Below are positions 48,367 through 58,397 of a stretch of 64,000 bases of DNA, one piece after another. Source of the stretch: Archangium sp. (GTDB lineage Bacteria > Myxococcota > Myxococcia > Myxococcales > Myxococcaceae); contig JASGKS010000001.1 of the NCBI GenBank assembly GCA_047600485.1, positions 6,720,259-6,784,258 of the forward strand, given 5' to 3'. Made by a program: the position numbers and the translations under genes. Below the pieces are notes generated by a model. It was not told the origin of the DNA. It saw nothing but the letters and a program-made list of their open reading frames with translations, and searched no databases. The first letter of the stretch is position 1. Each line of letters starts with the position of its first letter.

Positions 48367-48980
48367 AGCTCGAGCACCGACGCCAGCCGCCACGTGATGA
48401 CGAGGAACAACACCGTCCACATCACGAACAGCGGCGTGAGCGGCCCACGAAATTCTCGCAACCTGCCGACCGCGTGCTGCGAGCGCAGCGAATGAACCAC
48501 GCCCGCGAGCACCGAGACGCTGAGCAGCACTCCGGCGATGCCGCGCGCGGTGACGAGCCCATCGCCCACCGTCGCGCCCAGGAACCACATGATGGGGAAG
48601 AAGCCGAAGGTGAAGAGCGACGCGACAGAGCAGATGAGCAGGCTCAAGCTCAGCGTCTGCGGCAACGTGAGGCGCGTGCCGACGAACGCTCCGACGACGT
48701 GCAGTGATGGAGCGCAAATCGCGACCGACCCGAGCAACAGCGCGGGCACCTTCCAGAACCCGGCGCCCGACAGCACCACACCGAACGGCACCGCATAGAG
48801 CACCGTGCCCGCGAGCAACGCACCGACGAGCCACCACAGGTTGGCGGCACGCGCGACGCTCGTGAAGAGACGTTCGCGACGGGTGAGCACCAGCGAAAGC
48901 AATTCATGAGGGCGAAGCGCGGCTTCGCGAAGTTCTTCTTCGGAGTGCGCGGAGACGTCGACGGTGAGCGGCGCGTTCAT
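48363..48980 (-). CDS. Hypothetical membrane protein
   Basis: 205 aa, multi-TM. Tandem paralog of the downstream gene. Confidence 0.5.
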   Translation of the reverse strand: MNAPLTVDVSAHSEEELREAALRPHELLSLVLTRRERLFTSVARAANLWWLVGALLAGTVLYAVPFGVVLSGAGFWKVPALLLGSVAICAPSLHVVGAFVGTRLTLPQTLSLSLLICSVASLFTFGFFPIMWFLGATVGDGLVTARGIAGVLLSVSVLAGVVHSLRSQHAVGRLREFRGPLTPLFVMWTVLFLVITWRLASVLEL

Positions 48981-49060
48981 GAGGACAGACGCTGCTGCAA
49001 TACGACTCGACGCCGAGCGGCTCCTCGGTGAACGGTCGATTTCTCGAGCCGAGTGGTCTC

Positions 49061-49492
49061 TCAGGCACCGCCGTGCACGGGGAACAACGCGCTCGCCAAC
49101 ACGCGCGCCGGCATCGTCAGCCCCTGCCCCGCGAGCTCATCGCGCAGCACCTGCAACCGCGCGGGCCCGAGCGGCTGCCGTTCCCAATACGAATCGGTCG
49201 CGGTCGGCACGGTGGCGAGCTCTTCCATCACCAGCTTCACGTGCGGCGACACCTCGGTGAGCGCGAGCAACTTCTTCCACCGGTCGACCAGTTCCTGAAT
49301 CGGAGCCCCGCACCCGCCGTTCCAGTGCGCGCGCCGAAAATCGTTCGAGTCCATCACTGCGCGCCGGTAGCTCGCTCCGCAGGTCTGAAAGCACTCGCAC
49401 GGTTTCACCAGCGCGCCGCCGCCGCATTCCGCGCACGACCATTTCCATTGGCCCCGGTCCCAGTCGGCCCCGCAGCTTCGGCATGCGCTCAT
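49061..49492 (-). CDS. Cys-rich zinc-ribbon/SWIM-like protein
   Basis: CRSCGADW...CAEC and CECFQTC cysteine clusters. Confidence 0.5.
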   Translation of the reverse strand: MSACRSCGADWDRGQWKWSCAECGGGALVKPCECFQTCGASYRRAVMDSNDFRRAHWNGGCGAPIQELVDRWKKLLALTEVSPHVKLVMEELATVPTATDSYWERQPLGPARLQVLRDELAGQGLTMPARVLASALFPVHGGA

Positions 49493-50765
49493 GAATCAGG
49501 ATGGTAGCGTCTCGCGCACCTTGGCGAACGTGACCCGAAACATCGGCCTGTCGCTCGGCGCAGACATCTGTTGGCCCCTCTGCTTCGAGCACATCATGAA
49601 GAGACTCGCGCTCCGCATTCCGTACCGCGGAGACACCGTCGACTTTCACGTCGAGCGCGTGACCATCGAGCCGTTCAACCTCGCGCAGCCCGTCAAATAC
49701 GACGTGGTCATCGACCGCCTCACGCACTGGTACGACGTGACGCGCGAGTGGATCAAGAAGTCGGTGTTGATGGACGGCTTGTACGTCTTCAACAACCCGT
49801 GGGCCGTGCAGTCGATGGAGAAGCACACCAGCTACGCCGCGATGATGGCGCTCGGCATGCCCATCCCCGAGACGTGGATGGTGCCTCCCAAGTCGTACGA
49901 GCAGCTGCCCGACTTGAAGCCGACGCTGAAGCAGTACGCGCAGCTCTTCGACCTCGCCGCGCTCGGCAGGAAGATGGGCTACCCGCTCTTCATGAAGCCG
50001 TACGACGGCGGCGGGTGGAAGGGCGTCACGCGCATCAAGGACGAGGCGGCGCTCAAGAAGGCGTACGACGAGTCGGGCACGCTGGTGATGCACCTGCAGA
50101 AGGCCGTCGACCCCTACGACCGCTTCGTGCGCACCATCGGCTTCGGCCCGCAGACGCACTCGGTGTTCTACGACCCCGACGCGCCGCTCCACGACCGCTA
50201 CACGATGAAGAAGGAAAAGGAGTTCCTCACCGACGCCGACGCTCAGGTGCTGCGCGACACGACGCTCACCATCAACGCGTTCTTCGGTTGGGACTTCAAC
50301 TCGTGCGAAGCGCTGCGCAGCACCAAAGACGGAATCTGGTACCCCATCGACTTCGCCAACCCGTGCCCCGACTCGCAGGTGACGTCGCTGCACTACCACT
50401 TCCCGTGGATGGTGAAGGCGTACCTCAAGTGGGCCATCTTCACGTCGACCACCAAGCGGCCGATGCGCAAGGCGTTCGACTGGGAACCGTTCTACGCCAT
50501 CGCGAAGGAACAGCTCCCGTACGCCGAGAAGCTGAAGAAGTACGGAGCGCTCAGCCGAAAAATCCTGCAAGCGGACGAGTTCGAAGAATTCTGCGCCACG
50601 CACCTCAAGCACCTCGATGAAGTGGCCTGGGAGTTCTTCTCGACCGACGCGGCGAAGGACGCGATCCGAAAGAAAGTGACAGCGCTCTTCCCGGCCCACG
50701 AAATCGAGCAATTCACCGAGCTCTTCTTCAAGCGCATTCAACAGTGGCGCGCTGATCAGAAGTGA
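49491..50765 (+). CDS. ATP-grasp-like ligase family protein
   Basis: GYPLFMKPYDGGGWKGV is an ATP-grasp-like nucleotide-binding segment. GC looks locally lower. Confidence 0.55.
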   Translation: MNQDGSVSRTLANVTRNIGLSLGADICWPLCFEHIMKRLALRIPYRGDTVDFHVERVTIEPFNLAQPVKYDVVIDRLTHWYDVTREWIKKSVLMDGLYVFNNPWAVQSMEKHTSYAAMMALGMPIPETWMVPPKSYEQLPDLKPTLKQYAQLFDLAALGRKMGYPLFMKPYDGGGWKGVTRIKDEAALKKAYDESGTLVMHLQKAVDPYDRFVRTIGFGPQTHSVFYDPDAPLHDRYTMKKEKEFLTDADAQVLRDTTLTINAFFGWDFNSCEALRSTKDGIWYPIDFANPCPDSQVTSLHYHFPWMVKAYLKWAIFTSTTKRPMRKAFDWEPFYAIAKEQLPYAEKLKKYGALSRKILQADEFEEFCATHLKHLDEVAWEFFSTDAAKDAIRKKVTALFPAHEIEQFTELFFKRIQQWRADQK

Positions 50766-52915
50766 ACGCCGAGACGCGCGGTCCCGGGCATCGACTCACC
50801 GAGCGCTACACCCTCATTCGCGTCGTCGGGCGCGGCGGCATGGCGACGGTGTGGGAAGCGGTGAACGCCGCGGGCCAACGCGTCGCGCTCAAGCTGCTCC
50901 ACGACACGCTCGCGCAGAATCAAGAGAACGTGGCGCGCTTCTTTCTCGAGGCACGCAACGCCACGCGCATCGCGCACCCCGGCATCGTGCGCGTGCTCGA
51001 CACCGCGCAGACCGACGACGGCACTCCGTTCCTCGTCATGGAATACCTCGAGGGCGTTTCGCTCGAGACCTTCCTCGAACGGAACGGGCCACTCGATGCG
51101 CAGCAGACCGTGAGCGTGCTGGTGCCCATGCTCGACGCGCTCGCCGCAGCGCACGCCGCCGGAGTGATTCACCGCGACTTGAAGCCCGGCAACGTCTTCA
51201 TCGCGCTCGGCAAGTCGCCGTCGGTGAAGCTGCTCGACTTCGGCATCTCGCGCGCCATCACCAACGAGACGCGCCTCACGCAGACCGGCATGTTGTTCGG
51301 CACGCCCGCGTACATGTCGCCGGAGCAAATCGAAGGCACCAAGGACGCCGGGCCGCCCGCTGACCTCTACGCGACCGGAGCCATCGCCTTCGAGCTCGTC
51401 ACCGGCGCGCCTCCGTACACCGCTGCGAGCGCGCTCGCCCTGGCGGCGATGGTGGTCGCCAAACCGCCACCCGCACTCGCGAGCGTGAAGCCCGGCCTGC
51501 AGCCCGCGTTCGCCGCCGCGATTGATGCATCGCTTCGACGCGACGTGAACGAGCGTCCGGCAGACGCGATGGCGTTCAAGCGTGCGCTGGTAGCTGCCGT
51601 CACTCCCGACTTGCAGTGGCCGTTCGAGCGCGCGGCGCAGTTGCTCGAGCAGAAGCCGCGCGACGACGTCGAACCGCATCGCCTGCGGCGCGTGCCTCAG
51701 CCGACGCCGCCCATCGGTGCCGAGGTGACGCTCGCGGTGCTCGCCGAGCGCCTTCGCACCACCGAGCGCACGTTGCCTCCCGCGCTCGCCGTGCGGATTC
51801 TCTGCGACTTGCTGCTCGACCCCGAGACGCCTCCTTCGTTCGGGCTCTCGCACATTCGCGTCGCCAGCAACGGAGCGGTGCGTGCCGTCGCTGGAGTTCC
51901 GAAGCGACTGCGCTTCGCCGCCAGCGTGCAGTCGACGCTCGCGCCCGAAGCGTGGGACGGAAAGCCGGGCGCGCTCAGCTCGCAGTTCTCGGCCGCGGCG
52001 GTGCTGACGCAATTGCTCACCGGCGTCGCTCCATTCGAGGCCGCCGATGAAGCGACGCTCGAGCAGAAGCTCCGCGCGGGTGCGCCCGACCTCGCTGCGC
52101 TCCCTGCTTCGTTGCGCGCGACGGTGCAGCGCATGCTCGCCGCCGACCCGCTGCACCGTTTTCCCGACGCCGGCTCGTGCGCGAACGAGCTCGCCGCGCC
52201 GTTCAAGAGCGCACCGCTCTTCTCGCGCGCGCACGAAGAGCTCGCGGCGTTGTTGCGCGCGACGAGCCAGGTGCAGCCGCCGGCACCGGAGGTTCCGAGC
52301 GCACGCGCAACACCGCCCGAGACGCGCCGCGTGGGCCCGTTGCTCGCGCTGCTCGTCGTCATCGCGGTGGGCATCGTGGTGTGGCGTACGCGCGGGCCGT
52401 CGCAGGTGTTGGTGCAACGCGAAGACGGAACGCTCGAGCTGATGAACGTAGACGCGTTCGACGCGAGCGCGCCTGTGGCCCAGACGGTGGTCACGTCGAG
52501 CGAATACGCCGTGCAGACCAGCCCACCCGGAGCGGCGCTGTGGCTCGATGGTCAGTTCCGCGGCAACGCGCCCGGCACGCTCGCCCTCGAGGGAAACGGA
52601 AAGGCCACGCTGCACCTCGAACTCCCCGCGCACGTTCCGCTCGACGTGCCGCTCGTGCCCGACGGCAAGCCACACCCGTTGACGCTGAGGCTCACGCGCG
52701 CGCCCGACGTCACGCTCGCCTTCGCGACCTTCGAGGTGCTCGACGACGATGTGCTCTGGCTCGACGACGTGCTGGTGGCACGCGGCCCGATTCGCTTGCC
52801 GGTCGAGGCCGGAAAGACACACCGCTGGGAAGTGGAGCGCGGTGGCACGCGGCTCGAGGGGCGCGGCTTCTCGTTGAGCACCGGCGAGGAGAAGACGCTC
52901 GATGCACCGCGATGA
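50762..52915 (+). CDS. Ser/Thr protein kinase with TM segment and C-terminal PEGA domain
   Basis: VGRGGMATVWEA..ALK, HRDLKPGNV, DFGIS, APE-like MSPEQ, then a TM helix and a PEGA-like beta domain. GTG start overlapping the previous stop. Confidence 0.85.
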   Translation: MNAETRGPGHRLTERYTLIRVVGRGGMATVWEAVNAAGQRVALKLLHDTLAQNQENVARFFLEARNATRIAHPGIVRVLDTAQTDDGTPFLVMEYLEGVSLETFLERNGPLDAQQTVSVLVPMLDALAAAHAAGVIHRDLKPGNVFIALGKSPSVKLLDFGISRAITNETRLTQTGMLFGTPAYMSPEQIEGTKDAGPPADLYATGAIAFELVTGAPPYTAASALALAAMVVAKPPPALASVKPGLQPAFAAAIDASLRRDVNERPADAMAFKRALVAAVTPDLQWPFERAAQLLEQKPRDDVEPHRLRRVPQPTPPIGAEVTLAVLAERLRTTERTLPPALAVRILCDLLLDPETPPSFGLSHIRVASNGAVRAVAGVPKRLRFAASVQSTLAPEAWDGKPGALSSQFSAAAVLTQLLTGVAPFEAADEATLEQKLRAGAPDLAALPASLRATVQRMLAADPLHRFPDAGSCANELAAPFKSAPLFSRAHEELAALLRATSQVQPPAPEVPSARATPPETRRVGPLLALLVVIAVGIVVWRTRGPSQVLVQREDGTLELMNVDAFDASAPVAQTVVTSSEYAVQTSPPGAALWLDGQFRGNAPGTLALEGNGKATLHLELPAHVPLDVPLVPDGKPHPLTLRLTRAPDVTLAFATFEVLDDDVLWLDDVLVARGPIRLPVEAGKTHRWEVERGGTRLEGRGFSLSTGEEKTLDAPR

Positions 52916-52948
52916 CCCACGAATCGCGGCTCGGACGACGAACGTCAG

Positions 52949-53614
52949 ATGATTCGCTGGTTGTGGTTGTTGACGCTCGCTGCGGGCCCCTCTGAGCCGA
53001 CGCTGGCGCAGCGCAAGGCGTTCGCCGAGCAGCACCGCATGAAGCTCAGCTTCGATTGGAAGAACTACGACGACTGCCAGAAGGTCGTGGGGCCCGCGGC
53101 GCTGCGGTGCGACAAGCCGGTGTGGATTTGTCAGCGCGGCATGTCGGGCGGCATGTGCAACGGCAGCTTCTTCGAGTCGCGTGGAGTCACCTTCGAGCTG
53201 CAGGAACCGACCGCCGCGGTGCTCGACGCCACGCCGCTGCCGGAGCTGATTCTCGAAGAAGAAGCGGGCGACTCGTGCCCCGAGTGCGAATGCAACAGCG
53301 ACATCGGCATCACGTTCGCTGCCGGAGCGACGGAAGCGCAGAAAGAACGCGAGCGCCGTGAGTTCGCGAAGCTCGTCGCGCGTGAGCACGAGAAGTGTCT
53401 CAAAGAAACCGCGCGGCGGCAGAAGGCCGAACGCCTGGTGCGCAAGTGCACGCTGTTGATGGTCGACCCGTGCCGGCAGGAAGCGTTCATCCGCTGCACG
53501 GGAAAGAACGTGGGCGACATGGCGCTCAACAAGACGCTCCACTTCTCGTTCGCGCAGCAGAGCGACGGCGGCGCACCGCTCGGTGGCGAGTGGGAAGTGC
53601 AGGAAGAAGAGTGA
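52949..53614 (+). CDS. Cys-rich secreted hypothetical protein
   Basis: Signal peptide and about 12 Cys residues. Confidence 0.45.
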   Translation: MIRWLWLLTLAAGPSEPTLAQRKAFAEQHRMKLSFDWKNYDDCQKVVGPAALRCDKPVWICQRGMSGGMCNGSFFESRGVTFELQEPTAAVLDATPLPELILEEEAGDSCPECECNSDIGITFAAGATEAQKERERREFAKLVAREHEKCLKETARRQKAERLVRKCTLLMVDPCRQEAFIRCTGKNVGDMALNKTLHFSFAQQSDGGAPLGGEWEVQEEE

Positions 53615-53636
53615 GCGGTCGAGTACATCGCGGCTC

Positions 53637-54368
53637 ATGAAGACGACAGCGAAGTGGTACTCGCAACGCCTGCAGCGCGACGTGCGCATGGTGCGCTGGG
53701 GCACGTTCGGTCAGCCGGTGCTCTGCTTCCCCACCGCGGGCGGCGACTTCGAGGAAATCGAGCGCTTCTTGATGATCAAGGTGCTCTCGCCGCTCATCGA
53801 CGCGGGGCGCATCAAGCTCTACTCGTGCGACTCCATCGCGGGCATGGCGATGGTGCAGCAAGAAGGTTCAGGCCCGCACCGCCAGTGGGTGCTCAACCAG
53901 TTCCACCAGTACATCCGCCACGAGCTGGTGCCCGCGGTGCGCACCGACTGCGAGAACCCGAACATCGAGCTCATCTCGACCGGAGCGAGCATCGGCGCCT
54001 TCCACGCCGCCGCCGTCATCTGCCGCTTCCCCGACGTGTTCAGCAAAGCCATCTGCATGTCGGGCACCTTCGACATTCGCCGCTTCATGAAGAGCGACCG
54101 CTTCACCGACGACTACTGGGTGAGCTCTCCGCTGCACTTCGTGCCGACGCTCAAAGGGCCGCACCTCGACAAGCTGCGCGAACGCTTCATTCTGATTCCC
54201 AGCGGCGAGGGCAAAGCCGAAGACATCAGCGAGTCGTGGGCGCTCGCGAAGGTGCTCGGCCGCCAGGGCATCCCCAATCGCGTCGACTCGTGGGGCAAGC
54301 AGACGCCGCACGACTGGATGACGTGGCGCGAGATGTTGCCGAAGTACCTCGACCAGCTCGTGAAGTGA
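53637..54368 (+). CDS. Esterase family alpha/beta hydrolase (esterase D-like)
   Basis: TGASIGAFHAA nucleophile elbow, as in the putative esterase family. Confidence 0.65.
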   Translation: MKTTAKWYSQRLQRDVRMVRWGTFGQPVLCFPTAGGDFEEIERFLMIKVLSPLIDAGRIKLYSCDSIAGMAMVQQEGSGPHRQWVLNQFHQYIRHELVPAVRTDCENPNIELISTGASIGAFHAAAVICRFPDVFSKAICMSGTFDIRRFMKSDRFTDDYWVSSPLHFVPTLKGPHLDKLRERFILIPSGEGKAEDISESWALAKVLGRQGIPNRVDSWGKQTPHDWMTWREMLPKYLDQLVK

Positions 54369-54452
54369 GCCGCGCGGTTTCGTGGCTGAACTGCAAAGGC
54401 GCTGAACATCGACGCGGTGAGTCGCAGAAGCACCCACGTCGAGAACAGCGCC

Positions 54453-55952
54453 ATGACGATCCATCGACGACATTTCCTGAAGGCCTCGGGCGTGCTCGGT
54501 CTCGCGCTCACCGGCTGCGGGCCCGACGCGACGCTCGTCAGCGCTGACGACTTCGGTGGCGACGAGCTCGCCTACGACGAGTCGGAGCTCACCGCTTCCT
54601 TCACGCTCGACAACACCATCTTCCCGCTCGGCGTGATGGCCGGCGACGTGTTGCCGCACCGCGCGGTGGTGTGGACGAAGGTCGACACCAGCTCGCTCGA
54701 GCCGATTCGCCTGCGCGTCTACAAGGAGAACGCCGACGGCACGCGCACGCGCGTTCACGGCGCTCCGCTCGAGGCGACCGAAATTTCAGACGCCGGCTTC
54801 GTGCACGTCGACGTCACCGACCTCGAGCCCAACACGCGCTACGCGTACCGGTTCCTCATCGACCCGGGCGCGCAGAACAAGAAGTACCGCGTCAGTCACA
54901 CCGGCTTCTTTCGCACCGCGCTGGCGAACGGCTCACGCGGCACGTTCAGCTTCGCAGGCATCTGCTGCACCAACCCCGTCACCGGCGAGCGCGACGAGTT
55001 CAAGGTGCTCAACGACGCGAGCCGGCGCAGCGACCTCGCGTTCATGCTCCACATCGGCGACCACGTGTACGCGGACCACGCGAAGACGCGCGAGGAGTAC
55101 CGCACCGTCTACGAGCGGCAGTGGAATCGGCGCGGCATGAAGAACCTCCACAAGTCGGTCGCGCACTGGGAAATGTGGGACGACCACGAGGTCGACAACA
55201 ACTGGAACGTCGAGACCATCAGCGACGCGCGGCTGCGCGCTGCGCGGGGAGCGGCGTTCGAGCACCGCCCGCTGCGTCGCAACGCCGAAGACCCGAACCG
55301 CTGGTACCGCTCGTTCAAGCAAGGTGACTCGGCAGAGTTCTTCCTGCTCGACGTGCGCAGCGAGCGCCTCGCGTCGACGCGCGGCAACGCGATGAGCGAC
55401 AACCCGCCCGAGCAATTCATCTCGATGGCGCAGCTCAGGTGGCTCAAAGAAGGCCTGCGCAACTCGACCGCGGTCTTCAAGTTCATCGTCACGCCGCAGC
55501 CCATCACCAACTGGCCCAACTCCGACGCCGACCGGTGGGACGGCTACCGCCACCAGCGCGCCGACCTGTGCGATTTCATTCTCTCGCGCGGAAAGTTCGA
55601 GGAGCGCGGGCTCACCGGCGCGCAGCGTCGCGGCATCTTCTTCCTCGGCGGCGACGTGCACATGGGCAGCATCGGGCACCTCGATGCGCCGGGCGGCGCG
55701 TTCCACTCGCTGCGCGAAGTCGTCATCGGTCCGGGCGGAGCGGCGAACCCCAGCGAGCGCGTCGGCTCTCTGCAGCGCAACCACACCGGCCCACGCGAGC
55801 AGTTCCAGTTCGTCACCGGCCGCAACAACTACACCGTGCTCACCGTCAACCCCGACGCTACCGGGCGCGGAGGCAAGCTCACGATTCGGTATGTGGGTGT
55901 GCTCGGCAGCGAGGACCGCGACGTGTTCCACGAACAGGTGTTCGAAGTCTGA
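54453..55952 (+). CDS. phoD: Alkaline phosphatase D family protein (PhoD) with Tat signal
   Basis: HRRHFLKASGVLGLAL twin-Arg signal. PhoD metallophosphatase motifs (GDHVYADH, WDDHE). Confidence 0.75.
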   Translation: MTIHRRHFLKASGVLGLALTGCGPDATLVSADDFGGDELAYDESELTASFTLDNTIFPLGVMAGDVLPHRAVVWTKVDTSSLEPIRLRVYKENADGTRTRVHGAPLEATEISDAGFVHVDVTDLEPNTRYAYRFLIDPGAQNKKYRVSHTGFFRTALANGSRGTFSFAGICCTNPVTGERDEFKVLNDASRRSDLAFMLHIGDHVYADHAKTREEYRTVYERQWNRRGMKNLHKSVAHWEMWDDHEVDNNWNVETISDARLRAARGAAFEHRPLRRNAEDPNRWYRSFKQGDSAEFFLLDVRSERLASTRGNAMSDNPPEQFISMAQLRWLKEGLRNSTAVFKFIVTPQPITNWPNSDADRWDGYRHQRADLCDFILSRGKFEERGLTGAQRRGIFFLGGDVHMGSIGHLDAPGGAFHSLREVVIGPGGAANPSERVGSLQRNHTGPREQFQFVTGRNNYTVLTVNPDATGRGGKLTIRYVGVLGSEDRDVFHEQVFEV

Positions 55953-56079
55953 GGCGTTCGCGTCTGATCAGCTATGATTCCCTCGAAGGCGACCTTCGGA
56001 GGGGTTTCTGGGAACCGAGACGACCAGGGCGCACAAAGAGATCGAAGTCGAACGCGACGCGAAATCCGGCCGGGCTTTC

Positions 56080-57930
56080 GTGCGCGCAGTGCTCGCAGAC
56101 CTCCGCGCGCTCGAGCGAATGCTCGCGGAAGGCCGTTTCGAGAAGGGCGTCAAACGCATCGGCGCCGAGCAGGAGATGTTCCTCACCGACGCCTCGTATC
56201 TCCCAGCGCCCGGCGCGCTGAAGATGCTCGAGCGGTTGAAGGACCCGCACTTCACGACCGAGCTGGGCGCGTTCCAGCTCGAGATGAACGCTGATCCCCA
56301 CTTCTTCGCGGGCACGGGCTTCTCGGAGCTCGAGCGCGACATGTCGGGGCTCGTGAAGAAGGCATGGGACGCCGCCGACGCGCTCAACCTCCACGCGGTG
56401 CTCATCGGAATTCTCCCCACCATGCGCCAGGCCGACCTCGGCCTCGAGAACATGGTGCCGTCGCCGCGCTACCTCGCGCTCAGCAAAGCGGTGCACGACC
56501 TGCGCGGGAGCGATTTCGAGTTCTCGATTCAGGGTCTCGACGAGCTCGTCATCTCGCACGACTCGGTGATGGTCGAAGCGTGCAACTCGAGCTTCCAGGT
56601 GCACCTGCAGGTCGACGCCGACGACTTCGCGCACCAGTACAACCTCTCGCAGGTGCTCGCCGGGCCGCTGATGAGCGTGGCCTGCAACTCGCCGCTGCTG
56701 TTCGGCAAGCGGCTGTGGGCCGAGACACGCATCGCGCTCTTCCAGCAATCGGTCGACACGCGGAGCAAGACGCAGCACCTCCGTTCCGCCGCGGGCCGCG
56801 TCACGTTCGGCACGCGCTTCGTCGAGAAGAGCATCACCGAGATTTTCCGCGAAGACATCGCGCGCTTCCGGGCGCTGGTCGGCACCGACCTCGACGAAGA
56901 CCCGATGGCGGTGTTGGACCGCGGGGGCGCTCCGCAGTTGAAGGCGCTGCGGCTGCACAACGGCACCATCTACCGGTGGAACCGCGCGTGTTACGGAATC
57001 ATCGACGGCAAGCCGCACCTGCGCATCGAGAACCGCGTGATGCCTTCGGGCCCGAGCGTCGCCGATGAAGTGGCCAACGCCGCGTTCTGGTGCGGAATGA
57101 TGGTCGACTTCGCGAAGCGCTACGAAGACATCACGAAGCACATCGACTTCGACCACGCGGCCGGCAATTTCTACACAGCGGCGCGCGAGGGCTACGTGGC
57201 GCCGATGTACTGGCTCGACGGCCAGGAAATCTCCGCGCAGAAGCTGGTGCTCGACACACTGTTGCCCTCGGCTGAAGCGGGCCTGCGCTCGCAGAAAATC
57301 GCCGAGGCCGACATCAAGCGGTACCTCGGCATCATCGAGCAGCGCGTGCGCACCGGCCGCACCGGAGCGCGTTGGCTCACCGGCTCGCTGCAGCGCATGA
57401 AGGACGAAGGTAGCGCGGGCCAGCGAGCGAGCGCGCTGGTGGCGGCGACGTTGGCGCGACAGCGTTCTGGAAAACCGGTGTCAGAGTGGGAGCAAGCACA
57501 CTTGAGCGAAGCAGGCGCGACCAAGCACACCTACCAGCGGGTCGAGCAGTTCATGACCACTGACCTCTTCACCGTCGAAGTCGACGACGCCGTCGATCTC
57601 GTGGCGCACATCATGTCGAGCGAGAAGGTCCGCTACGTGCCGGTGGAAGACAAAGAGCATCGGCTGGTGGGTCTCATCAGCAACCGCGCGGTGCTGCGCT
57701 TCCTCGCCGACGGTGGCCACACGAAGGACATCAGCGTCTCCGAGCTGATGAAGAAAGACGTGATGAGCGTCGGCCCGCACACACTCACGCTCGAGGCGAT
57801 TCACCTGATGCGGAAGAATCGCATCGGCTGTCTGCCCGTGTTGCAGGACGGCAAGCTGGTCGGCGTGTTGACCGAAGAGAACTTCCTGAAGATTGCGGGC
57901 GATCTGCTCGAGGCGCAGCTGCGCGAGTGA
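56080..57930 (+). CDS. Glutamate-cysteine-ligase family 2 (carboxylate-amine ligase, YbdK-like) fused to tandem CBS domains
   Basis: N-terminal GCS2-type sequence (GAEQEMFL). The C-terminal 120 aa form a CBS pair (VPVEDKEHRLVGLISNRAV... CLPVLQDGKLVGVLTEENFL). Confidence 0.75.
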   Translation: MRAVLADLRALERMLAEGRFEKGVKRIGAEQEMFLTDASYLPAPGALKMLERLKDPHFTTELGAFQLEMNADPHFFAGTGFSELERDMSGLVKKAWDAADALNLHAVLIGILPTMRQADLGLENMVPSPRYLALSKAVHDLRGSDFEFSIQGLDELVISHDSVMVEACNSSFQVHLQVDADDFAHQYNLSQVLAGPLMSVACNSPLLFGKRLWAETRIALFQQSVDTRSKTQHLRSAAGRVTFGTRFVEKSITEIFREDIARFRALVGTDLDEDPMAVLDRGGAPQLKALRLHNGTIYRWNRACYGIIDGKPHLRIENRVMPSGPSVADEVANAAFWCGMMVDFAKRYEDITKHIDFDHAAGNFYTAAREGYVAPMYWLDGQEISAQKLVLDTLLPSAEAGLRSQKIAEADIKRYLGIIEQRVRTGRTGARWLTGSLQRMKDEGSAGQRASALVAATLARQRSGKPVSEWEQAHLSEAGATKHTYQRVEQFMTTDLFTVEVDDAVDLVAHIMSSEKVRYVPVEDKEHRLVGLISNRAVLRFLADGGHTKDISVSELMKKDVMSVGPHTLTLEAIHLMRKNRIGCLPVLQDGKLVGVLTEENFLKIAGDLLEAQLRE

Positions 57931-58397
57931 AGTTCGACAAGAAGGCGCTGAAGGCCGAGCTGGTGGCGACGCTCGAGAAGACGCTCGCCACGCTCGAGGC
58001 CGCGCACGCCGACACGCGTGAAGCGGCGACGCACGAAGAAGCGAAGCCCGAGAACGACAAGGACACGCGCGCGCTCGAGCAGAGCTACCTCGCGCGTGGC
58101 CAGGCGATGCGCATCGAGACCTTGAAGGCAGGTCTCGCCGCCACCGGAGCGATGTCGCTCGCGAAGACCGACGTGGCGAAGGCCGGCGCGCTGGTCGAAG
58201 CCGAAGACGAAGACGGCGAGACGCTGCGCTACTACCTCGCGCCCGAAGGCGGCGGCACCAAGCTGAAGGGCGGAGTGCAGGTGCTCACGCCCGTCTCTCC
58301 ACTGGGCGGTGCGTTGATGGGCAAGCGCGACGGTGACGAGGTCGAACTCACGCTCGCGGGCAAGAAGCGCGTGCTGAGCGTGACGTCGGTGAGCTGA
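57927..58397 (+). CDS. GreA/GreB C-terminal-domain (Rnk-like) protein
   Basis: C-terminal GVQVLTPVSPLGGALMGKRDGDEV FKBP-like motif. Confidence 0.55.
   Translation: MKFDKKALKAELVATLEKTLATLEAAHADTREAATHEEAKPENDKDTRALEQSYLARGQAMRIETLKAGLAATGAMSLAKTDVAKAGALVEAEDEDGETLRYYLAPEGGGTKLKGGVQVLTPVSPLGGALMGKRDGDEVELTLAGKKRVLSVTSVS

Noticed and set aside
50756-53704. 982-aa minus-strand ORF
   Set aside because: Antisense to the STPK and Cys-rich genes, which have clear kinase motifs on the plus strand.
55972-57156. 394-aa minus-strand ORF
   Set aside because: Antisense to the GCS2-CBS gene.
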